A stretch of 64,000 bases of DNA from Octopus sinensis. Lineage: Eukaryota. Shown here in pieces: positions 1 to 15,050 of the stretch. The stretch is from assembly GCF_006345805.1 (NCBI RefSeq), contig NC_043007.1, positions 5,766,001 through 5,830,000 of the forward strand, read 5' to 3'. Every line of letters starts with the position of its first letter. Position 1 is the stretch's first letter. The translations under genes and the position numbers were made by a program. The notes under the pieces are model-generated. The model had not been told where the DNA came from. It ran no database searches and was given only the letters and a program-made list of their open reading frames with translations.

Positions 1-330
1 GGCCACATATATCACTGCATGCCTCTCTTATCTTCGTCCGAGGGAGTAGAGTCGTAGCTCTTTCAGTCTCGCCCAGTAGCTCAGCTGTTCCATTGATGTA
101 ATCTCCCTTGTGTAACATCGGCGAGCTGCTATTAATCTGACACTGTAGGGTGATGACAGTTGAGCGCAGTTTTCAGACAGCTGAGGACAAATGTCCTCCA
201 TAGGACCAACAAAATTTCCTGGTTCCTTGCTGGGAAGATTCTCAGAATCTATCCGGTCATTCGCCTGAGTATCTTGGTGATATGCATGTGAATTGGCTGT
301 TATCATCAATCTTGCATATTTATCAGAATC
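1..330 (-). mobile_element. CR1-like LINE fragment (RT C-terminal region, degenerate, runs off window edge)
   Basis: Minus-strand translation ...RCYTREITSMEQLSYWARLKELRLYSLGRR and, in another frame, ILLVLWRTFVLSCL. These match the C-terminal YWERLKxLxLYSLERR-type motif of CR1-group ORF2. Confidence 0.75.
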
Positions 331-435
331 AGATTATTATTTAAACATTTTAAAGATGACAATATTTCATGCCGCTAAACCCTAGAGACCTTTGCAAGGC
401 CCTTGGTTTTGCAATTTTTACGCTCTGACTTTGCA

Positions 436-650
436 CTCAACGACCAAATCTGGTTTCCTGGCTTCAATAATATGATAAGTCTTTATAAGATTCTACAATT
501 ATCATTTACCCTCAGAGCTCCTGGGGTGTGTTCATACCACTTTTCTGTTACTTTAAATCCCCACACATGGCTAGCATCATAATGTAGTCGTCTTTTACCG
601 ACCCAATCATGCTTACGCTTACATTCTCTTTGTACCAGCTGACTGCATTT
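436..650 (-). mobile_element. R4/Dong-clade (RLE) non-LTR retrotransposon fragment
   Basis: Minus strand reads CSQLVQRECKRKHDWVGKR...KVTEKWYEHTP...IIEARKPDLVV, the region just upstream of and including the RLE 'RKPD' motif; frameshifted. Confidence 0.7.
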
Positions 651-721
651 CCACGGACTTTGCTTTCACTCTTTGAGTTTTATCAATTTGTTTCTTTATC
701 CTGTTCGTTCTAATAATGGAT

Positions 722-1002
722 TTTGATTATTATTTTCTCTTAATCACAGGTTTTGTTGGAGCTCCTGGAGTCTTGTATACGTAGCGGGATCACTACATCC
801 AGCTTAAGCTACCATGCTATTCGTTCTTTTCAGCTATCTAATACATTCCTGATTATTCTGGCCGTGCCAAAGAGGAAAACATTTTGTAACGGTTCTACTG
901 GGCACTCGATTCCAATTTCCTTGATATTCCTCTTCATGCCTGCTGATACTGTTCCCAAGGACCCAACAATAATTGACACTACCTTCACCTTCTTCATTGT
1001 GA
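722..1002 (-). mobile_element. R4/Dong-clade 3' end (RLE C-terminus plus 3' UTR with TAA tail)
   Basis: Minus strand MKKVKVVSIIVGSLGTVSAGMKRNIKEIGIECPVEPLQNVFLFGTARIIRNVLDS*, then a short UTR ending in aataataat. Confidence 0.8.
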
Positions 1003-1549
1003 GTGAATATTGTAATCACAACGATTATATATGTATCTTAAGTCATATCTCCTTGCCGGAGAAGGCTATTGAACATATGATTTCAGATCTTGTGAGAGAG
1101 GTTACCTGTACCAAACTGATAAGCCATCCAGGGTGAGAAATGTCTCCGCTCCATTTAACAGAATGGGAACCAGAGTTACGCACCAACATAACAGAGCGTT
1201 GGAGGCTTATGAAAGGATGAAGCTATGTAGGTGTATTGAAAGAGACTTCACAATTTCGCAGAGACGTGTATCCAGGAATACTTACCATTTTCTCGAGATT
1301 CGACTCAGCTGCAGATGGTCGTAAAAATTCAATAGCGACTTGTTTCTTTATGTTTTAATTTTGGAAACTCTACTTCTCTATTCAACTAGAATTTCACATA
1401 CAAAAAAACAAAAAAGTTCTTCGGATATAGTCAAAAGGAAAAAATACTATTTTTTAAAATTCACTGAATGAATTTTAGGAAAAAGAATCATTTAAAAAAT
1501 GTGTCTGTAAATGAGATTATATATTTACATACATATGTATGTATATATT

Positions 1550-1591
<42 letters not shown>

Positions 1592-1599
1592 ATATATAT

Positions 1600-1639
<40 letters not shown>

Positions 1640-1654
1640 GTATCCTTTTATTCT

Positions 1655-1845
1655 TTTGTTTGCTTCAGTCATTTGACGGTAGCCATGCTGGAGCACCGTC
1701 TATAGTCGAACACATCGAGCCCAGGGCTTATTCTATCGATCTCTTTTGCCGAACCGCTACGTTACCGTGATGTAAACACACCGACATTAGTTGTGTAGCT
1801 ATAGTGGCGGGGGGGGGGGACAAACTCATACACACAAACACATAC

Positions 1846-1891
<46 letters not shown>

Positions 1892-1942
1892 TATTAATTA
1901 GAGACAAAACCACTATTATGCAAATCAAACAAAGAAAGACTT

Positions 1943-1982
<40 letters not shown>

Positions 1983-2120
1983 GACGGGCTTCTTTCAATT
2001 TCCGTCTACGAAATCCACTCACAAAGCTTTGATCGGTGCAAGCTATAGCAGGTGGCATGCAGCGGGACTGAACCCGGAACCATGTGGTTGGGAAGCCTCT
2101 TACTACACAGCCACTCCGGT
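1655..2120 (-). mobile_element. tRNA-derived SINE, family B (head + internal (TA)/(TG) microsatellite + 3' tail)
   Basis: Head at 1980-2120 and tail 'cagtcatttgacggtagccatgctggagcaccg' at 1665-1815 match the copies at 24160-24455 and 57815-58183. Confidence 0.7.
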
Positions 2121-2409
2121 GAACTTGTCCTGTCGCCATATTTGCGCAAAACTGTAGTTGACGCCAATGACGCTCAGTCATTTAGCTGCTGTCTTTAACA
2201 CAATGATACATTCTTAAGTCTTATGAAAGAGAAAGAGAGATGGTGTGTGTGAGAGAGAGAGAGAGAGGAAGAGAGAGAATGTGTGAGAGAGATTGTGTGT
2301 GTCAGAGATAGAGAGTGTGTGTTAGAGAGATGAAGAGAGAGAGAGAGAGAGATGTAATGTACTTTCTAATTTATGAATAGACTTTGTCATCTGCTCTAAA
2401 CAGAAAGCT

Positions 2410-2790
2410 ACACACATACATACAACACATACATACAACACATACATACATACATACAAACATACAACACATACATACATACATACAATGCATACATACA
2501 TACATACAATGCATACATACATACAATGCATACATACATACATATATACATACATATATACATACATACATACAACACATACATACATACATACAACACA
2601 TACATACATACATACAATGCATACATACATACAATGCATACATACATACATATATACATACATACATACAACACATACATACATACATACAACACATACA
2701 TACATACATACAACATACATACATACATACATACATACATACATACATACAACACATACATACATACATACAACACATACATACATACAC
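2410..2790. repeat. Compound (CATA)n microsatellite with ACAAC/AATGC variants
   Basis: Direct inspection. Confidence 0.95.
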
Positions 2791-5110
2791 AGACCACCCC
2801 AAACGCCCCTACCATGCTTCAAGGAATGCCTCAACAGCATAAAGTGTTTCATTCAGCAGTGTCAACCTGACAACATTTTAATGATGGGAGACTTCAACCT
2901 TTCCGGGGTTGACTGGTCTACAAACAGTCTGCCGCCAGGTTCTTCTCTCTCAACCCCTGATAGGGAGGGAGTGGAATCGCTTCTTGACTTCATGGATGAC
3001 TTCTTCTTGTCCCAACTGGTACTCGAACCAACGAGATGTCAAAAAAACGTCTTAGACTTAATTTTCAGCAATCACACTGATACTATCCACAATATTGCAG
3101 TGGAGAAAACCCTACTCTCCGACCATGACATGGTTCTCTGTGATCTGAGATTTCACTGGCCAAAATGCAAAACAAATGTCATCCTTCCTGTTCATCCATT
3201 TGACACTATGGATTTCCACAATGCAAACTGGGACGCGATCAATAATGATCTTGCACAAGTCGATTGGTCCTTCACGCACACATACACACCCACTAACATC
3301 AAAGAGTCCTGGCAGTCACTTGTAGACACCATCACGAACATATGTGCAAGACACACCCCATTAAGATCTGCAAACAAATCTAAGTGTCGAATCCCTAGAA
3401 ATAGAAAATCTCTCATAAGGAAAATTAAAAGAATCAACAAAAAGATCAACATGCTGAAATACTGTCAACAGCAACACACCAACCTGACTGCCATCTCGTC
3501 GCTAGAGATTAAAAAACATAAACTCCAAAACAACATGATGTCTATCATCAATAGTCAGCGAAGTGCTGAAGAGGCCTGGACCATTGAGAAGATCAAACTC
3601 AATCCCAAAGTGTTCTTTTCATTTGCAAAAAAACACAGAGTCACTGGTTCTACTGTTGGCCCTCTGATTGATGAAAATGGTACTCTTCAAGACAATGCCA
3701 AAACCATGGGAGAGATTGCAGAAACAATATTGCTCTGTTTTCAGCAATCCTGATATGGACTGATCTGGGCTGTATCAGTGATGTTACTCCCCAATACACT
3801 TTATCGGAACATAACATTTGGCGCTCCTGATGTCGTAGCAGCAATAAAGGAAATGAAGCATACTTCGCAGTAGGTCCGATAGGTTCCCTGTTGTGTTTTG
3901 AAGATGTGTCAAAACCAACTTGCACCCCTCTAGCCAATCTGTGGCGGAACTCATTGAATGCTGGATATATACCAGAAGACCTTCTATCCCAGTCTGTTGT
4001 CCCAGTTTTCAAAAAGGAAACAAATCGCTTGCCGTGAATTACCGTCCAATCTCACTCACCTCTCATATCATCAAGGTATTTGAGAGGGTGCTGAGATCGC
4101 GTATGACTCACTTCCTGAGAGTCATAATATGCTGAACCCCAACCAGCATGGATTCCGTAATGGGAGAGATTGCCTGACGCAGCTACTGCATCATTTTGAT
4201 GACATTTTGAGAGCCTTGGTAGAAGGTTCCAACACTGATGTCATCTACCTTGATTTCAGCAAGGCCTTTGACAGCGTTGATCATAAGATCCTTCTGAGAA
4301 AGCTGTCCAATATTGGTGTCACTGGAAAGCTGCTGCAGTGGATCAAGTACTTCCTGTCTAGCAGAACCCAACATGTTGTAGTCGAAGGAGTCAAATCCAG
4401 CCCAGCCAAAGTCAGCAGTGGGTGTCCCACAAGGCACTGTGTTGGGCCCACTTCTCTTCATCATCTACATAATGATATTACTGACAGCATCAAAACACAG
4501 TAACATCAGAACCTTCGCTGATGATTCCAAGCTCCAGAAGGTCATCAATGGCGTGGATGACCGAATAAACCTTCAGTCAGACCTACTGGCGTGTCCATGG
4601 GCGGAAAGAATAACATGTTGCTAAATGAAGACAAATTTGAACTGATCCACTTTGGAATGGAGGACGCTCTGAAACTCCCATACTCCTTCCTTCTGGAGAA
4701 ATTCTCATGGCATCCAACAACATCAGAGACCTGGAGTAACAGTGGACAACAACATAAGCTTGGCTACACATATAAGCAGCAAAAGTGACATGGCCCCCAG
4801 AATGTGTTCCTGGATTTCTCAGAACCTTCCAGTCGAGAGATTCCCCCTATTATCCCTTCTTTTTTCTCCACTTTTGCCCGGCCCCACCTTGATACTGCTG
4901 TCCACTGTGGTCTCCCTACACAGAAACAAATATTATGAGAATTGAAGCTCCCCAAAGGTCAATCACATGGCATGTCAGATACCCTAAGATCGAATTGGTG
5001 CCTTGCCTTTGCCCCAAATCCTGAACTGAAAGACTTCGCCAGGTGGTGCTATTAAGTTGACTGACCTGGGCCAATACTGGCCAAAACCTTTCTAAGTTTA
5101 TTCTAAGTTA
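2791..5110 (+). mobile_element. 5'-truncated, frameshifted CR1-like LINE (APE endonuclease C-half + RT + 3' UTR with CTAAGTTTA tail)
   Basis: EN motifs MMGDFNL, LDLIFSN, LSDHDMV. RT motifs NYRPISLTSHIIKVFE, QHGFRNGR, IYLDFSKAFDSVDH, GVPQGTVLGPLLF, FADDSK, spread over several frames. 3' end resembles 56215-56292. Confidence 0.9.
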
Positions 5111-5400
5111 CATACAACACATACATACATACATACATACATACAACACATACATACAACACATACATACATACATACAATGCATACAAACATACATACA
5201 TATATACATACATATATACATACATACATACAACACATACATATATACAACACATACATACATACATATATACATACATACATTTATACATACATACAAC
5301 ACATACAATACATAGATACATACATACAACACATACATACATACATACATACATACATACAATACATGCATGCATACATATATACATACATACACTTGTA
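5111..5400. repeat. Compound (CATA)n microsatellite, same variants as 2410-2790
   Basis: Direct inspection. Confidence 0.95.
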
Positions 5401-5904
5401 TATAGAGAGAGGAGGAAAGAAAGAAAGGAAGAAAGAAAATTAGAATGAAAGTGAAAGAGAGAGAGGGAAACGACCGAAACTGAGTCTTATTTATGAATGG
5501 TGATTGTCGTCTGTCAGCATTCACCCGCGGAAATCTCTTGTTGAAGGGTTAGACCGCCCGGGTAAGGCTTTGTGAAAGACTAGTCTAGTTATCATCGTCA
5601 CTAGTCTAGTCTCTTCTTTCGACGCCACTGATGTTATTCAACGGAAAAGAAAGGCCAACACAAACGAACTCCTGCATCAATTAAGGTGTTGTAGGAAAAC
5701 ACAAGGTTCTAGAACGGATCCCACAAAGAATCCTGTCTGACTCTCTACTAATTCCACCAAACCATGAGAGAAACCCTTTGAAATCATTTGTTTGAAGAAT
5801 AATTTTCTCAGACACATATTACTCTAATATATTGTACAAGTACAACACCTTCTTTCCGGACAGTAAGGGCATGGAGTTTCTATAATCCGCACTAATTTAC
5901 GAGC

Positions 5905-6228
5905 AGGAACTTCATGTGTATTGGGCGAAAACACCTAAAAACTCCACGAGGCTCCGGCAGGGGTGGGGTGGGGGTGGCGACCCCTGTTGTACTCTTTCGC
6001 TCCAACTTTCTCTCACTCTTTCTTCCTGTTTCCTGTCCCCGACTTCCTACGCAACCGCTGAGCCTGGATGCACATTCATCCATCCGTCGATGCTCTCGGT
6101 GTCGGGGGTTGACCTGCTTTCTCTTCTGCGGGTCTTACAAATAGCAAAGGACCACGTTTCGGTCTTCTCCCATCTTGCGAGCTCTGGGACGAAGACCGTT
6201 CGCTCAACAGCAACAGCAGCAACAGGAA
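5905..6228 (+). mobile_element. SINE family C copy (head missing, (CAA/CAG) tail)
   Basis: Closely matches 21740-22046 along its length. Confidence 0.8.
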
Positions 6229-8476
6229 CTTCAACTTCTCCGGCTACTAGTCTAGTTTAGTACTACCTAACATAGAACAGCACGCCGAATAGCACAGTAC
6301 TAATAAACTTGTATCATCGATATCAATATTCAGGTACGTCTGTTTCATTTAATGTCAGAAGACACATAAAATTGTGTTAGCGAACTACTGACTGTGTCTG
6401 GTGTTAACGGGTTTCAATAAATTTATTGTTCGTGTAGGAAGCTACGAAATTCCCGTATTCTCTCGATTTCCTGTAATTCAAACAGGTTCGTGGTCTCATT
6501 AGATAAAATGGAAAAGGCGTTTCCCCGGAATATGGTGAAGGAGATTCACTGGAACAGCCACTCTGACACACGGAGCTCACGGGATAGCGGTTAACGGGGA
6601 TATTATTGGGGTTGGGAGGGTGGTGGCAAAAAACGCTGGACAGGCTCCACTGCCACAGGCTCGACAATAATTCATTTAATTATTTCAGTAAATTTAATAT
6701 TTGTTTAATTTAAAGGTAACCATCTCTGGTTCAGAAAAATCATAAATTGGAAAGACTGGAACGAAATGTTCCGGTAAAAATGGATTTTGTGACAGTAAAT
6801 TACAAAACACGAAATAAGTTAATTTTTTAAGGACTTGAATTTGAGAGTGATTCAAAGATATTTGTCTCTAAGGCACAGTTCAGATAAGTTCAGAGAGAGT
6901 TGAACCCAGTGAAAAGAGCGCCGAAATAAATGAGGTGAATTAATCTATTTGATATTCCAACGATTCTGGCAATTTGCCAAATACTTTGAAGGGAACAGCA
7001 TTGCTACATAAATTTTGAATCATAAAATAGTTCTTCCGCAGAAATCAGTTATGCTCCACAAGAGTGGCAGACCGATTCGCCTCCTTTCCCCTGTTCCTAT
7101 CTACTTGGCTTTACAATAATAGCATTAATTCGCATATGCTGCAGAACAATAATAAATGAAGATCATGATAATAATCTGCTTAAAATAGAAAACAGTAAAT
7201 GGATCTCCGTCGGTTTCCACGATGTGTATTTAGTTATTCGATCAATCGAATTATCTGCTTACTGAATTAGCGTATAAATGTCTGAGTATTCCTCAGGCAC
7301 GTGTGTCCTTTACTTAATCATCAGGTAGAATCAGTGCAACACAGTGTTTTACAAGGATACACCATTTGGACTACGTGTACAATCCACCCGAGGGTAGTCC
7401 AAACAGCTTCCGCCAACTCACATTCACTTACAAGGCTTGGATCTATTCCAAGTCATGAGATTTCTATTGGAAATATAATTAGAGAGGAAAAACGCTTGAA
7501 ATTAGCAATAAATGCTGATATGCGTAACAGAGATGAGGTGGTGGCGATCATTCAGAAAAACAGATGGAAATAGAACGAAACATTTCTAAACACAGGCTGA
7601 AAATAGAAAGGAAAATCAGTCATATTTGAACTCAGTAACGTAGGTGCGAAGAGTGAATGTTAACCACTACTTCTTTGGTTTGTTGCTTAAATAAGAATAA
7701 ACTGGTTTGGGTGTCATGCGCAGTGGGCTCGAAATCGTTACAACGTAGTTGCAAAGCGGACATCTTACCTAACCAGCCGACTATGTCTGTCTCGATATTA
7801 TGAATAAGCGCAACTGGAACGCTTTTGGTCGTAGGTTTATTTAATCAACTCCGTCACCCGGGGATATACAACAAAAGAACATATTTTTTCGAATTGGAAG
7901 GAATTCACTTAATATAATATTCTGTAAACTGAAGCTAGTAACAAATCCAACATGATTGGAATTTTAACATCGAGGGAAAAAAAATTAAAGAAAAATTACT
8001 TTGTGAAAATTATCGCTGAATCGTGCTTGAGTCTTTAACGAGAGAAAAACCTCTGGAATTTTTAGTTTCTAAAACAACTTTTATCTGATATTAATTACGT
8101 TATTTAATAAATGGTGCTTTTATTTTAACAAATTAAATAACAGCAAATGACCAAACACGTAATATGTTAATTTCTTAAGAATTTTAATTAGGTAGTTATT
8201 CAAAGCTATTTGTTTCTCATGAACAGAAGATACAAACATACTACTCGCAGAATGGTGACAGTTCATTCTGAAGAAAAGACAAAAGAAATAATAATGTTTA
8301 TCAGATATTTCATTTACAAAAATAATTGAATAAAATAGTAATATTTGAATTTTGTCTCAAAAACAAGGTGAGTTGGTTGTGTATATTCGAACGCGTATAT
8401 CAACATCTTAAATTGCTGCTGTTTATTTTATCAGCCTCAGTCGAAAGATTGAAATGAGTGTGTGTGTGTGTGTGTG

Positions 8477-8512
<36 letters not shown>

Positions 8513-10009
8513 GCTGTATAATAAAGATATCATAACGAAGAACGGTAAGTTATACATCTTCAAAATTTATTTATTAAACATTTTCTTCGAGCGAACGCTT
8601 CAAACGATCGCTTTACATACCAGTACGGGAAACACCTCGAATAAAGCTATATAGGACTGCCAACACCTAGATTTGAACGTGTACTAAAATTGATGTAATA
8701 AAAATCAACTAAATGCACAAAACTCATATTATCAGAACGTAATATGAAGAAATATGCTTTGATACATTTTGAAGCTATAAAATTCCCCATTCTTCATTAT
8801 AATTTCTTGAAAATATACTCGATGCTACATGAAATATACTGAAGTGAATTCAGGATTTACCAAATAAAGGAAGTAGAGTTTAACCGTTTTTCTTGAACGA
8901 TTCTAAATGTTTCCGATCTTTCGATGTGGCTAGCCAAGTCTAGATGTTTTCAGAGTGCTTGCAAGCTATCTGGCCGGATTTCAAATACTTCTTCCTTTAT
9001 GTTTAATATATATATATATATATATATAATATATATATATATATAGGTTGAGACATATAGAAAAACAAAAGACGAAGACAAGTTTATGCATACATACATA
9101 GACACAGACAGACAAACCGACGTATAATTCATTGTTGTATTTGATCTTCAAGCTTCTTGATATGAAATCGCGTACTGAAACAGGTTTTGTTGTAACGAAA
9201 GCTTGGGCGGGTCATTATGCCAAGTGGTCGCTATGGACCAGGTTAGCAGCCAACTGTTGTAGTCATTGTTGTTTAGAAGATTGATGTTATTATTACTAGC
9301 ATCCATCTTATCACTTTGAAGGTGTGTGGCCTTATGTTTAGGAGTGTTGATCTCATGATCGTGAAGTCATGGGTTTGATTCCTGGATATTGCAGTGTGTT
9401 GTTGTCCTTCAAAGAAGTACTTCATTTCCTGTTGCTCCAGTTTACTCAGCTAAAAGGAATACTATAATTGCTAGAATTTAATCATTCAGTAGTGTGGCCT
9501 CCCGATCAGAAAGGGGTCATATACTATCTCGTTTATTCTCCTCGGAATCCATTATAGTTCTGGAATTTGGGTCCTTACTGTCGTTGTTGTTGTCAATAGG
9601 ATTTTCCTTTAACAAAACTATAAGAAATCCATTTTCTTGTTTTATCTTGGGTCATATCAGACATGATAAATGCAATTTAGCCGTGACTATCCCATTGTTT
9701 TTGCTCCTATGTGCAGGAAATCCAGGACTGCATTCTCTGACGTTTGTTTTCCCCAAGATGGTGAGATTTGAGAGAAATTTGGCTGTTATTTCTAATAAGC
9801 TAAACGGCAATAAAGAGGGTCCTTCGTTGGCTTATATATTTCTTTCTAATTTTGAAACCAGACCGGAAATGTTGAGGCGAAGTCGAATACATCTTATCGA
9901 CTCTGAAAGCATGGACGGCAAAGATCACGTTCGCAGAATTTAAACGCAGAACGTAATGAGTCGGAGGAAATACCGCAAAGGAACTCGCCATCTCAATAGA
10001 ATCCTTTTG

Positions 10010-10410
10010 AAGAAGCGGTCAAGTAGATTACATCGACCTAAGTTCTCAACTGGTACTTATTTTATAAACTCCAAAAGGATGAAAAGCAAAATCGACCTCA
10101 GTAGAATTTGAATTCAGTATGTAAAGACAGATGAAATGCCGCTACGCATTTCGCCCCGTATGCTAACGCTTCTGCCAGCGCAATACGCCAGCTGACTGCT
10201 TTAGTAATAATAATAATGATTTCCAATTTTGGCACAAGGCCAGCAATTTCAGGGGAGGGAGTAAGTCGATTACATCAGCCCCAGTTCTCAACTGGTACTT
10301 ATTTTATCGACCCTGAAAGGAAGATAGGTAATAACATAATTTGAACTAGGAGCGTAGTAACTCTGAAGAAATACAGCTAAGCATTTTTCTGACAGTTCTG
10401 CCAGCTCCCT
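10010..10410 (-). mobile_element. Two adjacent degenerate SINE family A copies
   Basis: Diagnostic 'ctggtacttattttatcgaccc...gaaagg...gaatttgaactcag' segments repeated twice. Confidence 0.7.
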
Positions 10411-10897
10411 GCCTTTCTATAATACCACGTATTCTACAGAGGTCATGACAATATTTCTTCATTATGAAATAAGAGTTGAAATCTAATTATATCGTAATTA
10501 GAAAGTTTTTTTTTTCTAAATTTTAGTTTCTCCCATCTGTTTCGCCGCGTCGTTTCTATTTAGTCTTTTTATTAATTGAAAGAGTTCTTTATTGTCTTCA
10601 GTTGTTAAACAGTCTAAAACCAGAGAACTAATCAGACTTCTATGGAAACCATTGATTTCTATCAAGAATTGCACCCTTTGTTGTCAGCCTAAAATATTCT
10701 TCGAACACGGTTTGACTCTCCAGTCTTTTCTTGTTGGTTTTATTATTTTCACTTTTTTGGAACTGAGTCGTCGTCCTTGTTGCGATCGTTATCATCATCG
10801 TCGCTTTCACCTTCGCTTTCGCAGCTGCCACCACTACCACCACCGCCATTTCAAGCAACATAACAATCACCATCCACCTTCATCATCATCATCGTCA

Positions 10898-10928
<31 letters not shown>

Positions 10929-11223
10929 CGTCATCATCATAGAGACCATCACCCTATCTACGAACGCTATCAGTACAGTAAACCAAGCCTTCCACTAAAA
11001 CCCATATCTTAAGTTTTAAATCTTAGTCCAAATCTTTTTCATGTTTTCTGCCAGCAAGAATGGACACTGCCTATAACTCTCGCAAAACCCTCCAAGGTAT
11101 TTTGATGCTCAATTTAAACAGAAATATGAATTTCTTGGGGGAGAAAGTTAGTTTCAAAGGTTGAGATTATGAGAATGAAGCTCTGTGGAAACCACGGAGT
11201 AGAAACATCAAAAGCGTGGTTTG

Positions 11224-11730
11224 ACCACATCTCACAAGGGGTTACTGATAATGAGGACTGCAAAATGCTGCGGGATGCAATGCTTCAGTGTGACCATCGG
11301 GCAGAGATCGAAAGCCTGATATTGTTGTGATGAACAGAAAAGAAAACATGCCTGATAATCGCCATAGCATGCCCTGGTGACAACAGAATCGAAGACAAAA
11401 AAAAATAATAAAAAGTGAACAACTATGATAAAATGAAGTGGGAAATACGCAGGTTGCGGGTAATGGAGAGAGTGGATGTGATACCAATAGTGGTTGGCAT
11501 GCTTGGAAGTATCAGTACTCAACCACCAACGTAGTTCAAAAAGTTTGGGACGAAAGTAAAGATAGAACACGTATAAAAATCATCATCGCTTAAAACTGCA
11601 AGAGTCCGGCGCAAGGTTCTTGAAGCAGGATCGGTAAACAAGCGTCGCCTTAGTTTGCTGTCTGCAGAAAGCTAACACTTTCTATCATACTCAGTGAAAT
11701 AAAGCTGGGATTTTTCATGATGCAATAATA
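11224..11730 (+). mobile_element. R4/Dong-clade 3' fragment with RLE domain
   Basis: Frameshifted PQGVTDNEDCKML...KPDIVVMN...CLIIAIACPGDNRIEDK...KWEIRRLRVMERVDVIPIVVGMLGS...TARVRRKVLE. Paralogous to 15478-15930. Confidence 0.8.
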
Positions 11731-11754
11731 TCGGTAATATCATTATTCCTCGTT

Positions 11755-11870
11755 AAGGCGACCAACTGGCAGAATCGTTAGCAAGCTCAACAAAATTCTT
11801 ATCAGTATTTTGTCCGTCTTTACGTTCTGAGTTCGAATTCTGCCAAAGCGGACATTTCCTTTAATCTTTT
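11755..11870 (+). mobile_element. SINE family A 5' fragment
   Basis: Degenerate 'ggcgaccaactggcagaatcgttagc...acgttctgagttcgaattctgcc'. Confidence 0.6.
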
Positions 11871-11919
11871 CGAAAATTGTAGAGCATCTCTTCTCTATGG
11901 TTGATTAGAACTTCTTTCT

Positions 11920-12110
11920 TATTTCTTTATTGCCCACAAGGGGCTAAACATAGAGGGGACAAACAGGGACAGACAAAGGGATTACATCGACCCCAGAGCG
12001 TAACTGGTACTTAATTTATCGACCCCGAAAGGATGAAAGGCAAAGTCGACCTCGGTGGAATTTGAACTCAGAACGCAGCGGCGGACGAAATACCTCAAAG
12101 CATTTCGCTG
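11920..12110 (-). mobile_element. SINE family A copy
   Basis: Matches the reverse complement of 35411-35648. Confidence 0.8.
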
Positions 12111-13175
12111 CCTTCAACTTCTTTCTGGTATATTACTGGTATTTGTTTCATTTACCAAAGAGACGCATTAAGTCATACATTCATTGAAGTATCCATTATT
12201 TTCATGCGACTTCGAGTTCAAATATGAACATAAATGTATGTTGGTGTGACACCATGTGCTTTTTTCTAGAGATGTTCCCTTCCTGTTCCTGTATATTTAA
12301 CTGAGAAGCAGAGGTGGAATCAGTTCTTAAGCAGTGTTCAAGTTTCGTCTTATTTTTAAAATTTTGGGAAAGGAAAGGAAACGGCACAGTACCAACTTTA
12401 TCCTGACATTTCCGTTGCTATCAGCTTAGTTTGAATTTGTGGTTCTCGTTTTAGTGTGCAATAAGCAAAAATCTGTATTAAGAAAGGGGAACAGAGGAGA
12501 ACGAGAGACACACAAACAGCACGGAAAGGAAGTGTGTAGTGTTGCTGGTCATGTCTGTTTATAATACATATTACATGGAACCTAAGGCCATCAGTTAAGG
12601 GACGGAGGCAAGTAATTTTGAAGGCGATGAATATCGCTTAATACTTCAGTGATCTTATATCCATCCGCATCTGGTTCTCGTGTTTACTGGAACCATAAAG
12701 GCGAAAATAAAGTAAGTTAGATACGAGAGAAATTTAAATAATTTAAATAAATAAACAACGATTATTATGAAAGAAAGAGTTTGGAGAAAGATTGTAGAAT
12801 GCTCAACACAGGAAGTTAGAAATGGTTAGCATAAAATGAATATGAGAACCGGTAGAACAGACAAAACTTACTTCACGCTGCTGAACACACACACATACAC
12901 TCGCACACACACACACACACACACGTGCACGTATTGAAACTTACTCGCACAGTCTCACATAATCTCAATGATATTTACATAAATGAATCCCAATATGATA
13001 TCAAGGATGACATGACAACATGCGAGAATCATTTTTCTTATAAATTTACCTTTCATCACTGGAAAAAGGCAGATGTTATTTTTCCAAACATGAAGCTACA
13101 TTACTGAATCGGAATCAAATCCCCGCTACCTTTCAAAACTAGTTTATTTGCTTGCTTGAATAGCGGCAAAAACAA

Positions 13176-14418
<1,243 letters not shown>

Positions 14419-14714
14419 TAAATAAAACTTAAGATGAACAGAAATAGTGAGGTAAAAAATATCCGCTCTCAACTTATAAAGCATAATTTGTTCAAATAAT
14501 ATTACAGCCAAGTCGAAAAGAGTGTGCAAAAGGTAGGAGTGTTCATTTATCAGAGACGGTTTATCGGAATTGGAGCTGGAGTGGAAAATAAGAGAAAAAT
14601 ATTTCAATATAGTTAATATATTATTCATTCATTTCAAATAGCAATACTTAGCAACAATGAGAGGACTTGTTCATATTCAAAAGTGGACAGTTGCAAGGTA
14701 GGCGTTGGGTGACA

Positions 14715-14921
14715 GATGTATGTAAGGAATCGACCTCAGAATGTCTTTCTTTGTAAGCATAGAACTTATTTTATCGATGTGTTTTGCCGACCGTCAAAGT
14801 TACGGGGACGTAAACAGAGCAGCAGCGGTAGTCAAACGATGGTGGGGGTACACACAGAGACACAAACACACGCACACACACGCACACACACACACATACA
14901 CACACACACACACACACACAT

Positions 14922-14970
<49 letters not shown>

Positions 14971-15001
14971 CATATATATATACAAGTATATACATACATA
15001 C

Positions 15002-15048
<47 letters not shown>

Positions 15049-15050
15049 AC
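14715..15050 (-). mobile_element. SINE family B tail plus internal microsatellite (head absent)
   Basis: 'aagttacggggacgtaaac...gtcaaacgatggtggggg' followed by (CA)/(TA) repeats. Confidence 0.6.

Noticed and set aside
753-1136. 127-aa plus-strand ORF
   Set aside because: Largely antisense to the R4/Dong C-terminal fragment.
6487-7573. Plus-strand exon candidates at about 6487-6590 and the 7301-7573 ORF
   Set aside because: Donors are weak, two frames are equally plausible, and they overlap a stronger minus-strand splice signal; not supportable.
9494-9943. 149-aa plus-strand ORF
   Set aside because: No recognisable motif; its 3' part runs through degenerate SINE sequence.
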